Source of the DNA: a virus
Taxonomy: Duplodnaviria > Caudoviricetes
Reading direction: 5' to 3' (one strand)
Virus record (IMG/VR): IMGVR_UViG_3300046000_007143
Coordinates: 1-60,786 of that record
Length of the DNA stretch: 60,786 bases
Numbering within the stretch: the first letter of the stretch is position 1; every line of letters starts with the position of its first letter. Positions 43,355 to 53,122 of the stretch are shown one piece after another. The notes under the pieces are model-generated. The model saw only the letters and a program-made list of their open reading frames with translations. It had not been told where the DNA came from and did no database searches. A program made the translations under genes and the position numbers.

Positions 43355-43830
43355 CACGCCCGCTCTTTGCGCGGAGCCGGAACCGCACCCAGTGACGCGG
43401 CGAGTTCGGCCGGCATGAGCACAAGCGCGATCCCTGCAGTCTCGAGCCAAACCTCGGCCATGAATGAGAGGGCGATGTCACCGTCGGGCTTGTCGGTGCT
43501 CGGCGGATCGATTGTGATGCGGGCTCGGTACTCGTGCTCGGCCTTGGTCACATACCGATCCGACCACCCGGCACGACCGTCAAACTGTTCGCACGTCAAC
43601 CCGGAGGCGATGCGGTGCGCGCGGAGCATCGACGCGATGTCAGCGCGGGAATGGACGATGTAAGGCTGGGTGATCGCATGCGCCTGGTCGGCGTATCGGA
43701 TCGCGGGCGGTGTGATGACCGCGGTGTGTTCGCTGACTTGCGTGCCGGGATAGGCCGCCTCTTCGGCAAGCCACGCGTCCAGCGTCTCAAGGTCGCTCGG
43801 GTCGCGGTATTGTTGCGCTGATACGTCCAC
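43354..43830 (-). CDS. XRE-like HTH protein
   Basis: GGAGG RBS and GTG; LRAHRIASGLTCEQFDGRAGWSDRYVTKAE. Confidence 0.75.
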   Translation of the reverse strand: MDVSAQQYRDPSDLETLDAWLAEEAAYPGTQVSEHTAVITPPAIRYADQAHAITQPYIVHSRADIASMLRAHRIASGLTCEQFDGRAGWSDRYVTKAEHEYRARITIDPPSTDKPDGDIALSFMAEVWLETAGIALVLMPAELAASLGAVPAPRKERA

Positions 43831-44164
43831 TCTTCGCCTCCCTTGCCGGGGGCGGTATCTGTGTCCTGGGGCGCGCCAACGCATGAGCAAGATGCGGCGA
43901 GACGGTTACGGCGGGGTTAGTGCGATGCAGTGACCGACGGTTAGCGAATTATTCGATCGAGTGGCCCCATACCCTACCCCTATGTATTCTGTATCACTTG
44001 TTACACTTATGAATACCCCCCCCACATAGGGACACTCGATCGGTTTTAAGGCTGTGTTCCAGTCCACGACTGAGAAACCGAGTGGCGCCAGATGTCCCGG
44101 AATTTGCACTCCCGAGTCGTAAGGCTTACATACGGCGTGGGCGCCACTCGGGACACTCGATTTC

Positions 44165-44779
44165 ATGGATATTGTCGCGGAATACAGGGCCGATCGAGCA
44201 TGCCTTGACCGGGTCAAGACGGTGCTTTCCGAGGGCGAAATGAGCCGCAGCGAGCTTGGTCGCCGGTGTAGCGCACACCCAACGGCGCGGGTCCAGGGTG
44301 TGATCGACGGCCTGAAAGAGTCCGGCCGCATTGCCGAAACGATCATCCGGCAGGGGCGCGGCGTGCGAACGATGCTCCGCCTATCCGAGCCCAAGCAACC
44401 CGTCCACGACCCCTTGCTGGTGCGGATGAGCGAAGAGGCTGCGGCCGAACAGGCGGTCTGTGTCGCGCGGCTCAATGGCTGGTTTAGCGCGCTTGACGCC
44501 GACAGGACACTCACCCCGACGCGGTCAGCGGCATGCCCTGTGTTGGTTGCAGCGCGCGACATGCTGGTGATGCTGCACCGGACGCCGTGGAAATACGCCG
44601 TCGAGGCGCCGTTGTGGACGCTGACGGGCGATGTTGCTGATGTCCGTGGTGATACGGCGGCGAAGAAGGCAGCGCGCAAACTGGCTGATCTGGGCGCGAT
44701 CGTCCTGAAAGAGCGGCGTGGACGGGGGCGGACCAGCACGTTCAGGCTGGCCCACCTCCCGCCGTGGCCGATGGGCTAG
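44165..44779 (+). CDS. Putative tandem winged-helix DNA-binding protein
   Basis: Homolog of 614..1228. Confidence 0.7.
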   Translation: MDIVAEYRADRACLDRVKTVLSEGEMSRSELGRRCSAHPTARVQGVIDGLKESGRIAETIIRQGRGVRTMLRLSEPKQPVHDPLLVRMSEEAAAEQAVCVARLNGWFSALDADRTLTPTRSAACPVLVAARDMLVMLHRTPWKYAVEAPLWTLTGDVADVRGDTAAKKAARKLADLGAIVLKERRGRGRTSTFRLAHLPPWPMG

Positions 44780-47151
44780 TCCGCGACCCTGTACAGCTTG
44801 ATCTTGTGGCCGCCGGCAGGGGGTTGGTCCTCCCGCCGGTCCAGATCACCGCCGTCAACCAGACCATCCAGCATGTCCTTGAGGTCGCGAGCCTTCATGC
44901 GGTTCTTCATGGCCCGAGCGATGTCGCGGAACGTCATCCAGCCGCCGCCACGAAGGGCCCGCACCACCCGCTGCGCCTCACCCTGGTGCTGCGTATCGGC
45001 CATGTAGTCGCGCGCCATCTGCACGGTCTGTTCCGCCGACCAGCGGGCGAGGGCGATGCCCCAGTCCATGTCCTCGAGCGTGATCCGCGGTCGACCAGGG
45101 TTGATGCCAATGGCCCTGATCGTGGCCATGCGCTGCGCCATCTCCGCCGAGCGGGTGAAGAACACCGCGTCCTGCTCGCGCCGCTCGCACTCCTGCCCGA
45201 ACGCCATGTAGGACCGGTGCGCGAACTGATCGTCCCACGGCACGACAATCAGCGGCCCGTCGGACATGGCGTTGTGGCTGGTGGCGCGACTGAGTGGCGG
45301 CACCGCAGTCAGGATCGCGACCATAGCCTCCGAGATGGCCTCCGGAACAAGCGTCTTGTCCAGCAGTGGCTCGCGCTCCTCGACACGCCCGTGCGTCGAG
45401 AAAATCAGGAACCGGTTGAGGAAGCCGTTGAAGACGTCCGCCCCGTCGACGTTGTCGAAGAACTCCTCGTGCGTCGACACGCCATAGATGGACAGCGCCG
45501 GCGAGAAGATCGGCTCGCCCACCCTGCCCGCCCATTCCGGCGTCTGCATCGTGTCGAAACTGGAGCCCCAGGCCGAGCGCAGCGTGCGTGTGATCGCCTT
45601 CTCGTGCGTCGACGCCTTGCGCCCATTGATCCGGCCGAGATACCCGCCGAACTCGTCGATGCAGGTCAGTGTCAACGGCTGGCGATTGAGCCGCGAGACC
45701 AGCGCCGACATGGACATGAACTCGCCGGGCCCGACGTGTGCGCCCATGCCGGACGCACGCAGCACGCGGTCGATCGCCTTGAGCGGGTGATCCTTGGCCG
45801 CGCCAGACGGCGCCAGAAACAGCCCGTACAGGTGCGTTCCGGTGCGTGTAGGGCCCGAAAACGTGCGTCCAGCAGCCGTTCCGACGATTTCCAGCGCCGC
45901 CATCAGACTGCCGGCGCGCTGCGGCTTGCGTGCCGTGTCGCAGATCCAGTCGGTGAGATCGCCGACAAGGCCGGGGACCTGGGTGAGGGCGTCGGGGAGG
46001 TCGGATGAACCGGAACTAATGGATGGCAATGGAGGGTAATGAACCTCCGCAACCTGCTGATTTTGTTCCGTTATGGGAATCTGCAGGGCGGCCCTCACCC
46101 GCAACGGCTCCGGCAGGTCGTTGTCTTCGCATGGGGTCGATGCTGTCGAGGTCACCCCCAACGCGATCACCACCCCGTCGTCCTTCAGCCCCAGCCGCTC
46201 ACGCAGCCAGTCCGTCGCCTCCGCCTGCTCGCAGTCCCGCGCGGCCATCACGAGGTCGATCGCGCTGTAGGTGTCGTTCGTGCCGAAGTCCTTGATGCCG
46301 TCGCGCTGGATCGACAGGTTGCGCTTGCGATCCGGGATTGCCTGACCTGTGGACGACGCCCGCCATGTCGCGACCGCCTCATAGCCACCGCGTGCAGGCC
46401 TGCACCCGTACAGGTCGAGGGCGGGAACCCAGCGATCCAACGACGCCAACGCCGCACTTTTCGTCTCGGACCAGATGTCGTCGGGGTCGATTTCACCGCA
46501 ACGGGGTGCACGCGGCGCACGATCGTTGCCCGACACCCGCTCACGCGACCACCCGCACTGCTCCAGCGCCTCCTCAAGCGCCGTCATGTCCTCATCGGTC
46601 AACACAGGCAGTTCGTCGGCGCGCACCGGGCCAGCCAGCCAGACGTAGGGCTTGCCGGTTTCCGGGTGAATCGAGGGCGGGACGACGGTCTGTCGCGTGT
46701 CGAACCCGGTCAGACGATCAAGCAGGCGTCCGTCGGGGCCGTCATACGAGGCGGTCTTCAGCGACTTGGGGGCGAGGTAGAACCGGCTCTCACCCTTCTG
46801 CCCGCGCTTGACCATCGGGCTTGCCGGGGCCGCACGCAGCAGGGTGTCGAGGGCGTCCGCATCCTGGGCGTCGAAGTCCAGCACCACGACGTGCAGATCC
46901 TTGCGAGCGACCGTGCCCATGAGCAGGCCGATGTTGGCGCCCGGCGCCTTGGACCACAGCCCCAGCTCGAAAGCCGAGGGCGTGGTGTCACGGAACCGCT
47001 GCCACTTGCCCATGCCCTGCCAGTGACCGGAGCGGTACTCGCCGGGGCATTTGCCGCGCCCCTGGTGCTGGGTCCAGTCTGCCGGTATCAATGGGAGCAC
47101 GCTGAAGCCGAGGGCCTGCAGGTCGGATGCGGATGAGGCGAAGGGGCTCAT
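44776..47151 (-). CDS. Prim-Pol primase with DUF3987-like domain (B)
   Basis: Homolog of 1225..3600. Confidence 0.88.
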   Translation of the reverse strand: MSPFASSASDLQALGFSVLPLIPADWTQHQGRGKCPGEYRSGHWQGMGKWQRFRDTTPSAFELGLWSKAPGANIGLLMGTVARKDLHVVVLDFDAQDADALDTLLRAAPASPMVKRGQKGESRFYLAPKSLKTASYDGPDGRLLDRLTGFDTRQTVVPPSIHPETGKPYVWLAGPVRADELPVLTDEDMTALEEALEQCGWSRERVSGNDRAPRAPRCGEIDPDDIWSETKSAALASLDRWVPALDLYGCRPARGGYEAVATWRASSTGQAIPDRKRNLSIQRDGIKDFGTNDTYSAIDLVMAARDCEQAEATDWLRERLGLKDDGVVIALGVTSTASTPCEDNDLPEPLRVRAALQIPITEQNQQVAEVHYPPLPSISSGSSDLPDALTQVPGLVGDLTDWICDTARKPQRAGSLMAALEIVGTAAGRTFSGPTRTGTHLYGLFLAPSGAAKDHPLKAIDRVLRASGMGAHVGPGEFMSMSALVSRLNRQPLTLTCIDEFGGYLGRINGRKASTHEKAITRTLRSAWGSSFDTMQTPEWAGRVGEPIFSPALSIYGVSTHEEFFDNVDGADVFNGFLNRFLIFSTHGRVEEREPLLDKTLVPEAISEAMVAILTAVPPLSRATSHNAMSDGPLIVVPWDDQFAHRSYMAFGQECERREQDAVFFTRSAEMAQRMATIRAIGINPGRPRITLEDMDWGIALARWSAEQTVQMARDYMADTQHQGEAQRVVRALRGGGWMTFRDIARAMKNRMKARDLKDMLDGLVDGGDLDRREDQPPAGGHKIKLYRVAD

Positions 47152-47333
47152 GTTTTGTACTCGCGGAACATTCGCCGGAGGCCGAGCGCGCCATCTCCGG
47201 GCTTTCCGGGATGGCAGCAGCGGTCAAAGCGACGGTTGATCTGGTTGCGCAGGCCGAGCAGTTTCATGCGCACCAGCGTTTCGGCGTACAGCGCAGTCCG
47301 ATCCTCTCCGTCGACAAAAACTTGGTACCTCAC
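47148..47333 (-). CDS. Small protein inserted upstream of the primase (homolog of A 15014..15220)
   Basis: GTGA/ATGA coupling; RRFDRCCHPGKPGDG. Confidence 0.7.
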   Translation of the reverse strand: MRYQVFVDGEDRTALYAETLVRMKLLGLRNQINRRFDRCCHPGKPGDGALGLRRMFREYKT

Positions 47334-47536
47334 CCCTCTGCCCCCACCGGAATCGTCCACGCGCTGACGATGCGGTCGCCCGCGGCCTTGTTCGCCTCGT
47401 TGACCATGATGCAGGCGAAGGTCAGGTACTCGTCGGGCGTGAGCAGGCGCAGGTCGAGCTTGCCGATGCTGTCGAGGTGCGCGCCGGCGATGTCGGACGC
47501 GCGCTTGATGTCGTCGAGGGTGAGGTAGGGGGTCAT
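47330..47536 (-). CDS. Conserved hypothetical protein
   Basis: Homolog of 3597..3803. Confidence 0.8.
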   Translation of the reverse strand: MTPYLTLDDIKRASDIAGAHLDSIGKLDLRLLTPDEYLTFACIMVNEANKAAGDRIVSAWTIPVGAEG

Positions 47537-47841
47537 GCGTCGACTCCCTTGCGTGCGGGCGTCTTCGTGCGGCGAGGCTCTTCAAAGCCCGGCTTGATCG
47601 TCAGGAAGGCTTCAATCGACAGGCTGTCGTTGCGACGCTGGACCTTGCGGAAAATGGTGTGCGCCCACCCCTGCGCGGGAAGATCGAACATATCCTCCGT
47701 GTCAGTGGTCAGCCGAATACCGAAAAGATGGCTGGACAGCGGAGGAAGCACTGCCGCGACGGTGTAGGTGACGCCCCGAAACGGGTATCCCTCCTCGGCG
47801 GATATGCACACCACCTCATCGCCCGGTTTGAAATCGCACAT
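47533..47841 (-). CDS. Hypothetical protein
   Basis: Homolog of 3800..4096. Confidence 0.75.
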   Translation of the reverse strand: MCDFKPGDEVVCISAEEGYPFRGVTYTVAAVLPPLSSHLFGIRLTTDTEDMFDLPAQGWAHTIFRKVQRRNDSLSIEAFLTIKPGFEEPRRTKTPARKGVDA

Positions 47842-48011
47842 CACTGCACCCCCACGATTTCACCGGCCACCAGCAGCACGCGCTTGCCGTCGGGCAGCGC
47901 CTCCCAGTGCTTGACCTGCACCGGGTCGCCCTTGTCGGGCTTGAGGTTCAGGACGAACTCACCGGCACGGTTGACGTATCCGCCCGTCACCTTGGCGTTG
48001 AAGCGGGTCAT
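47841..48011 (-). CDS. Small conserved protein
   Basis: Homolog of 4096..4266. Confidence 0.75.
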   Translation of the reverse strand: MTRFNAKVTGGYVNRAGEFVLNLKPDKGDPVQVKHWEALPDGKRVLLVAGEIVGVQ

Positions 48012-48238
48012 GCGTGCTGTTCCCATGAGAAGCGGCGGGGCGGGGTGGGTGGCTGGATCCGCACCGGAGCGTTCCAGACTGCGGCCTCAAAGCGCCGAAG
48101 GCCGATCAGTCCGAGGCGGTCGAGCTTCCCGATCACCGCGTTGCGGGTGGTCTCGAACACGGCCGCAATCTCGGCCGCCGAATGTCCCTCGTTCCACATG
48201 GCGCGGAGCGCGCCTTCGTTCTGGCTCCAGTCGGTCAT
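48008..48238 (-). CDS. gcrA: GcrA-family protein (N-terminal DNA-binding domain only)
   Basis: W...LRAMWNEGHSAAEIAAVFETTRNAVIGKLDRLGL matches the GcrA N-terminus (LW..G.SASQIA..LG..TRNAVIGK.HRLGL). Confidence 0.85.
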   Translation of the reverse strand: MTDWSQNEGALRAMWNEGHSAAEIAAVFETTRNAVIGKLDRLGLIGLRRFEAAVWNAPVRIQPPTPPRRFSWEQHA

Positions 48239-48843
48239 GCCGACACCTCCGCCGACTGGCGTGCCGCGTGAGCGCGAATGCCGTGGAGAATGGTGGTGTG
48301 ATCGCGCCCACCGAAGATTCGGCCGAGCGCCGGCAGCGAGAGCCAGGGACGCAGCGACTTGACCTCTGAATAGGCAGCTTGACGTGCGTCCGAGATGCCC
48401 CTTCGCGTCTCCCGACCCATGATTTCCTCGGGCGTCACCCCGTAGGCGACAGCAATGCGGCCCACGATGTTCTGCACGGAAGGCGCGGACGCCCGGCGCG
48501 CGGCGTTGACGACGTTGGTCATCGCAGTCTCGGCAACCTCTTGGCCCTGCTCCGCAGCGATCAGCCCGGCGATCAGGGCCAGCGCCCGACGCAGCGCAAC
48601 CTCATCGAGACCCACGGCGATGCGCGCGATGCGGTCGATGGGATCAGCGGACAGCTCGGGCGCCGGGGCGGCAATGGCAGGCGCCACCACCCGAAGGTCC
48701 GGAACCGCCCGCACGTCATCCTGGCTGCAGCCGACCATGCGGGCGATGTTGCTGACCCCCACGCCCATGCCGCGCTTCTCGACGATGAAGGCGCGATCGG
48801 CCGAGGCCAAACCCCGCCGCGCCGTGGCAAACTCCCCGCCCAT
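48235..48843 (-). CDS. DnaA C-terminal domain protein with an extra N-terminal HTH
   Basis: ISDARQAAY...LSLPALGRIFGGRDHTTILHGI. Confidence 0.85.
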   Translation of the reverse strand: MGGEFATARRGLASADRAFIVEKRGMGVGVSNIARMVGCSQDDVRAVPDLRVVAPAIAAPAPELSADPIDRIARIAVGLDEVALRRALALIAGLIAAEQGQEVAETAMTNVVNAARRASAPSVQNIVGRIAVAYGVTPEEIMGRETRRGISDARQAAYSEVKSLRPWLSLPALGRIFGGRDHTTILHGIRAHAARQSAEVSA

Positions 48844-49235
48844 CACGCTGCAATCTCCATCGGTTCAATACGCGACGTCAGCCACGCGCGGGCCTCGGGC
48901 GTCAGGCTGTAGGTGCCGGTGCCGAACGCAGCCGGGATGCACCGCTCAGGGGCGCCAAGCGGGATGATGTGCTTGCGGATCTCGCAGATCGCGACCTTGA
49001 CGCACTCAATGATCGGCCCGTCGCCGTTGTCGTACTCGAACACGTTGCGGTAGATCGCGTCGACGCTCAGCGACCGGTTCGTGTTGAGCATGAGCGCGAG
49101 CACAGCGGCGTGCTTCGGCCGCAGCCCAAGCGCCGAGCGCAGGCGGGTGATCTGGTCTTCCGTGCCGGTCAGTTCTTCGATCCGGCCGCGCAGGTAGCGC
49201 ACCTGTTCTTGCAGGTCTTCGATTTGGGGCGTCAT
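48843..49235 (-). CDS. Receiver-less OmpR/CtrA-type winged-helix protein (B)
   Basis: LRPKHAAVLALML...VKVAICEIRKHI...FGTGTYSL. Confidence 0.8.
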   Translation of the reverse strand: MTPQIEDLQEQVRYLRGRIEELTGTEDQITRLRSALGLRPKHAAVLALMLNTNRSLSVDAIYRNVFEYDNGDGPIIECVKVAICEIRKHIIPLGAPERCIPAAFGTGTYSLTPEARAWLTSRIEPMEIAA

Positions 49236-50863
49236 GCCGCCTGCTCCTGTGATTGAGTGAAGCGGCGCGAAACGATGTTCCACCACTTTCCATTTCGTTT
49301 CACGCCTATGAAGGCGGGCTGCGTGAGCTCGGCCCAACGCACGAGGGCGCCGTCCACCGTCTCCGGCACCGGCATCTGCCCGCCATGCGCCGCCCACCAC
49401 TTCTCGGCGCGGTATCTGCCCGGTCCGCTGTGGGCCAGCAGCACCCACTCCGGATAGGACATGAGCCCCGCCGAGTAGGTCACCCGCAGGCTGTCCGGTG
49501 ACCCGGCCTTGACGTGCCGACGCGCCATCCACGTCACCACCGCGATCTCTTCGGGTGGCTGGTTGCGCAGGTCGCGCGACAGGATCGCGACGTCGTCCGC
49601 CTCCGCATCATGCCGGGCCTTGTCGAGCGTCCATTCGTGGCCACAGAAGGCGCAGGTCTGGGCGTTCAGCGCGGCGAGGGACTTGCAGGAGGGGCATTCC
49701 TTGGCTCGGACGTCGGAGATCTTGGCCGCGTCGGGCGCACCCTTCTTGCCGGGCCGCCGATCGACGGTGAGCGTGTCGACAGGACCGAGGCGGCGAATGG
49801 TGCCGGTGTAGTCGAGCACCAGGCAGTCATCCTTGCCGTCAGCCAGTCTCGTACCGCGGCCGAGCATCTGGACCAGCAGTCCGGGCGAGAGCGTCGGACG
49901 CAGCAACGCGATCATGTCGAGGCCGGGCGCATCGAACCCGGTCGTCAGGACGTTGGCGTTCGTGAGCACGCGCAGGCGTCCGGCACGGAAGTCGTCGATG
50001 AACCGCGACCGGTCGCCCGGATGCGTGTCGCCCGTGATCGTCTCCGCATGCACCCCCTGCCTGCGGAACTCGTCGCGGACATGGTGAGCGTGCTTGACCC
50101 CGGCGCAGAACGTCAGGATCGACCGACGCTCGGCTCCGAGGGTGATGATCTCCGACACGGCCGCGCGGGTGATCGCATCCTGATCGGCTGCAGCCTCGAG
50201 GGCGCCGGAGACGAACTCCCCTCCCCGCTTGGCCACCATCGAGACGTCGATCTCCGTCGCGCCACGCTTGGACACCAGCGGCGAGAGCCAGCCGTCGTCG
50301 ATGCCTTTGCCGATGCCGTAGGAGAACACGATCTCGTCGAACAGGCGGTCCTTGCCGTCGTCGAGGCGGCCAGTGTCCATGCGGAACGGCGTGGCGGTGA
50401 AGCCTGCAACGCGCAGGTCCGGCCGCATCTCGCGCAGGGCGTCCAGCAGGTGCCGGTACATGCCCTCGCCCGCCGACGGGACCAGATGCGCCTCGTCGAT
50501 GAGCACCAGGTCGAACGCGCCGAGCTCCTTCGCGCGGCGATAGACCGACTGCACGCTGGCGAAGATGATGCGCTGCGAGGTGTCGCGGCGCCCGAGGCCG
50601 GCGGAGTAGATGCCGACGGGGGCCGAGGGCCAGAGGGAGATCAGCGCCTTGGCGTTCTGGGCGACGAGTTCCCTGACGTGCACCAGCATGAGCACGCGCA
50701 TTTGGGGATAGGCCCCCAAAAGTCGCTGCGTCAGGTCGCCGATCGTGATCGACTTGCCGAGGCCGGTCGCCATGTCGACGAGCGGGTTGCCCCCGCCCTG
50801 TTGCCAGTAGGACAGGACGGAGTCGATGGCGGCGGATTGGTATGGGCGGAGTTGGGTTGTCAT
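49232..50863 (-). CDS. SF2 DEAD/H helicase (B)
   Basis: LRPYQ, ATGLGKS, DEAH, TATP, QMLGRG. Confidence 0.92.
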   Translation of the reverse strand: MTTQLRPYQSAAIDSVLSYWQQGGGNPLVDMATGLGKSITIGDLTQRLLGAYPQMRVLMLVHVRELVAQNAKALISLWPSAPVGIYSAGLGRRDTSQRIIFASVQSVYRRAKELGAFDLVLIDEAHLVPSAGEGMYRHLLDALREMRPDLRVAGFTATPFRMDTGRLDDGKDRLFDEIVFSYGIGKGIDDGWLSPLVSKRGATEIDVSMVAKRGGEFVSGALEAAADQDAITRAAVSEIITLGAERRSILTFCAGVKHAHHVRDEFRRQGVHAETITGDTHPGDRSRFIDDFRAGRLRVLTNANVLTTGFDAPGLDMIALLRPTLSPGLLVQMLGRGTRLADGKDDCLVLDYTGTIRRLGPVDTLTVDRRPGKKGAPDAAKISDVRAKECPSCKSLAALNAQTCAFCGHEWTLDKARHDAEADDVAILSRDLRNQPPEEIAVVTWMARRHVKAGSPDSLRVTYSAGLMSYPEWVLLAHSGPGRYRAEKWWAAHGGQMPVPETVDGALVRWAELTQPAFIGVKRNGKWWNIVSRRFTQSQEQAA

Positions 50864-51798
50864 GCGGCCACCCCTCCCCCATCAACCCACGTATCCCCCG
50901 ACGCCAGCCGGTACGTGACCCGCTCGTTCTCGAAGTCGACGTCGGTCTGCTCGCCGGGAATGGTGCTCGGGTTGTAGAGGTGCTGGGGGCACCCGACGCG
51001 CTGCTCGTCGAGCGTCAGATCCCGCCCCCACCGCGCGCACGACCAGCGAGCATCGCCGTCCAATGTCGCGGATGAATGGAGACACGTCCGGCAAGACCGT
51101 GCCGGCATGAGCCCGTCGTTCGGCGCGCAGCCGTAGCCCGCCTTCAGGAAATAGACGGGGCAACTGCATGCCGGACGTCGGTCGGAGGTGACGATGCGTT
51201 CGGCGCGGGTCATCAGCCGGGCGAACTCGAGGGCGTCGAAGTCAACGCGCTCCGCGTACAGGGTGTCGTCGTTCTTGTTGACGGCCAGGTACAGCGCACG
51301 CGTCCTGCCGCGCAGACCCATGTAGGTCTGCATCTGCGCGTGGTGCGTCGGCTTGGATTCGCGAACCGCCTTCTTCAGCAGATCCTTGAACGACTTGTCC
51401 TTGTGCGTCTTGAACTCGACGACGTGCACGGTCTTCGGCGCTTCCGGCACATTGGTCGCCTCACCGTCGAGGTGACCGCCGCCATGCCCGCCTGCAAACC
51501 GGACAGCGAACTGTTCGCCGGTCTCAGGATCGACATCATGCAGGTCGAAGCCCGCGGCCTTCATCATCTCGACAAGGCGCGCTTCCCAGCGGTGGCCGGT
51601 CTCAAAGATCGAGAGCTTTTGACCGTCAAAAATCTCAGCCGGAAACAGCCAGCGAAAGTTGTCCCAGAGCTTGCGTTCGCACTCGTCGCCAAGCACGGAC
51701 GCGCCAAGGTAGGCGCGGCGACTGCGATCCTGGGTCTGCTCGAGGTGAGCGAACAGCTTGGCCACCGTAGGCGGCGTGGTTTGCGGGAGCTCAGGCAT
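50860..51798 (-). CDS. PD-(D/E)XK exonuclease (B)
   Basis: Homolog of 7321..8253. Confidence 0.85.
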   Translation of the reverse strand: MPELPQTTPPTVAKLFAHLEQTQDRSRRAYLGASVLGDECERKLWDNFRWLFPAEIFDGQKLSIFETGHRWEARLVEMMKAAGFDLHDVDPETGEQFAVRFAGGHGGGHLDGEATNVPEAPKTVHVVEFKTHKDKSFKDLLKKAVRESKPTHHAQMQTYMGLRGRTRALYLAVNKNDDTLYAERVDFDALEFARLMTRAERIVTSDRRPACSCPVYFLKAGYGCAPNDGLMPARSCRTCLHSSATLDGDARWSCARWGRDLTLDEQRVGCPQHLYNPSTIPGEQTDVDFENERVTYRLASGDTWVDGGGVAA

Positions 51799-51955
51799 CT
51801 GGCGCCTGCCCGGTGCACGCCATCTGCGCCTCGCCGCACGACTCGCACAGCCAGTCGCCGTCGAGGCGGATGACCTCGCCCTCGTCGACCAGCATGCCGC
51901 AGTCGTCGCAGGGAGCGATCTCGGGCTCGACGGTGTCTTCGTATTGGAGGGTCAT
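51791..51955 (-). CDS. Small zinc-ribbon protein
   Basis: MTLQYEDTVEPEIAPCDDC...CESC; homolog of 8246..8425. Confidence 0.7.
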   Translation of the reverse strand: MTLQYEDTVEPEIAPCDDCGMLVDEGEVIRLDGDWLCESCGEAQMACTGQAPDA

Positions 51956-52269
51956 GCGGACACCTCGGGGATGAAGGCCTGGCTGTCCCCGAACAGGCCG
52001 TCTCCGCTCGGGAGTAGCCGACCGTTTTCGATCAGCCGCTCGCAGACGGAGGCGTTCAGCGCGCGGCCACTGGGGAGGCTAAAAAAGCTCCCCTTGAGGG
52101 CTTCGGGCGTGATCGTCTGTTCGACGTGGCCGCTGGACCGGATCAGGCCGAGGCACCGATCCTCCACCTTCCGCAGCGCCTTCGCGCGCTTCCGGCTCGC
52201 CGCATTTTCTTTCGGGGAGGAAGTCGCCGGGCAGGCAGCTTCGGCAGTAGTGGTGGTCGGTGAGGCCAT
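51952..52269 (-). CDS. B-specific hypothetical protein (start uncertain)
   Basis: LIENGRLLPSGDGLFGDSQ; stop coupled to the next gene. Confidence 0.55.
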   Translation of the reverse strand: MASPTTTTAEAACPATSSPKENAASRKRAKALRKVEDRCLGLIRSSGHVEQTITPEALKGSFFSLPSGRALNASVCERLIENGRLLPSGDGLFGDSQAFIPEVSA

Positions 52270-52348
52270 CACCGCCTCGCCCCCAGCCCCAAAGGCTGAA
52301 TGGTGCATCGTTTCCGCAGATGCATCGCGGGAGTGCGTGTGCATTCAC
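52079..52348 (-). CDS. B-specific zinc-finger protein ending QGELF
   Basis: CIC...CRSC; GGAGGGG RBS; GTGA coupling. Confidence 0.5.
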   Translation of the reverse strand: MNAHALPRCICGNDAPFSLWGWGRGGDGLTDHHYCRSCLPGDFLPERKCGEPEAREGAAEGGGSVPRPDPVQRPRRTDDHARSPQGELF

Positions 52349-52524
52349 ACCCCTCCCCTGAACGCACGGTCCAGCAGGCGTTGTGCGGCGCTGATCTCGA
52401 GGCGACCGGCGGTGACAAAGCCGCCCTCGAACTCGGTTTTGGCTTGGCGAACGATCTCGGCGACTTGCGTGAGCAGGTCGACCTCATCCTGTCGGCCATC
52501 GACAGGGCGCAGTTGTTCGGTCAT
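52345..52524 (-). CDS. Conserved hypothetical protein
   Basis: Homolog of 8425..8607. Confidence 0.75.
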   Translation of the reverse strand: MTEQLRPVDGRQDEVDLLTQVAEIVRQAKTEFEGGFVTAGRLEISAAQRLLDRAFRGGV

Positions 52525-52621
52525 CGTCAGGGGCTCCTGCGATGCTGTTGGAAGACAGCGGGTTGGAAGGGTCGCCGGACGGGTCGGAGTTGGAAGCTAG
52601 GCCCGTCCGGCGATGTTCAGT
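52525..52621 (-). promoter_or_regulatory. Conserved structured intergenic element with three UUCCAAC motifs
   Basis: Near-identical to 8608-8704. Confidence 0.55.
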
Positions 52622-53098
52622 TTAGGCAGCCTTCTTGCCCCAGGGCGTTCCGGCCGGCGACAGCGCCGCGGTCGCGGGTCCGGCAGCGCCAACTGCGGAG
52701 ACTGGCGAGTACCGGGCGACCTTGTTCTTCGGGCCGTAGCCGTTCTGGGCGGGTTCCGTGCGGACGCGGATGAGGACCGGCTTGAACTCGATCTGGTCGC
52801 TGTTCGTGACCGCGCCGTTGTGGCCGACGGCCTTGGCGATGTCCTTCACGGCGCGCGTCGCGATCTCCTGCGTCTGCGGGTTGGGGTGGACGATGTTCTG
52901 CCCATCCCAGATGCGGCGCTTGGCGTATTCGCCCTCGAGGATTTCCCAGGTGAAGACCGCGCGCTGCTTGATGCCGCCGTCCTTCACCGTGTGAACAGTC
53001 TCGATGATGTGGGCCACGACATCGCAGTCGGGGATCGGGTCGAAGTCACCGCCTTCGCGGTCAGGGACGCTATCAACGTCGATGTTGAGGGCAACCAT
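52622..53098 (-). CDS. DUF669-type SSB (B, diverged allele)
   Basis: FTWEILEGEYAKRRIW; TPWGKKAA. Confidence 0.8.
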   Translation of the reverse strand: MVALNIDVDSVPDREGGDFDPIPDCDVVAHIIETVHTVKDGGIKQRAVFTWEILEGEYAKRRIWDGQNIVHPNPQTQEIATRAVKDIAKAVGHNGAVTNSDQIEFKPVLIRVRTEPAQNGYGPKNKVARYSPVSAVGAAGPATAALSPAGTPWGKKAA

Positions 53099-53122
53099 GT
53101 TGGAAGTCTCCTTTCGGGAGGG

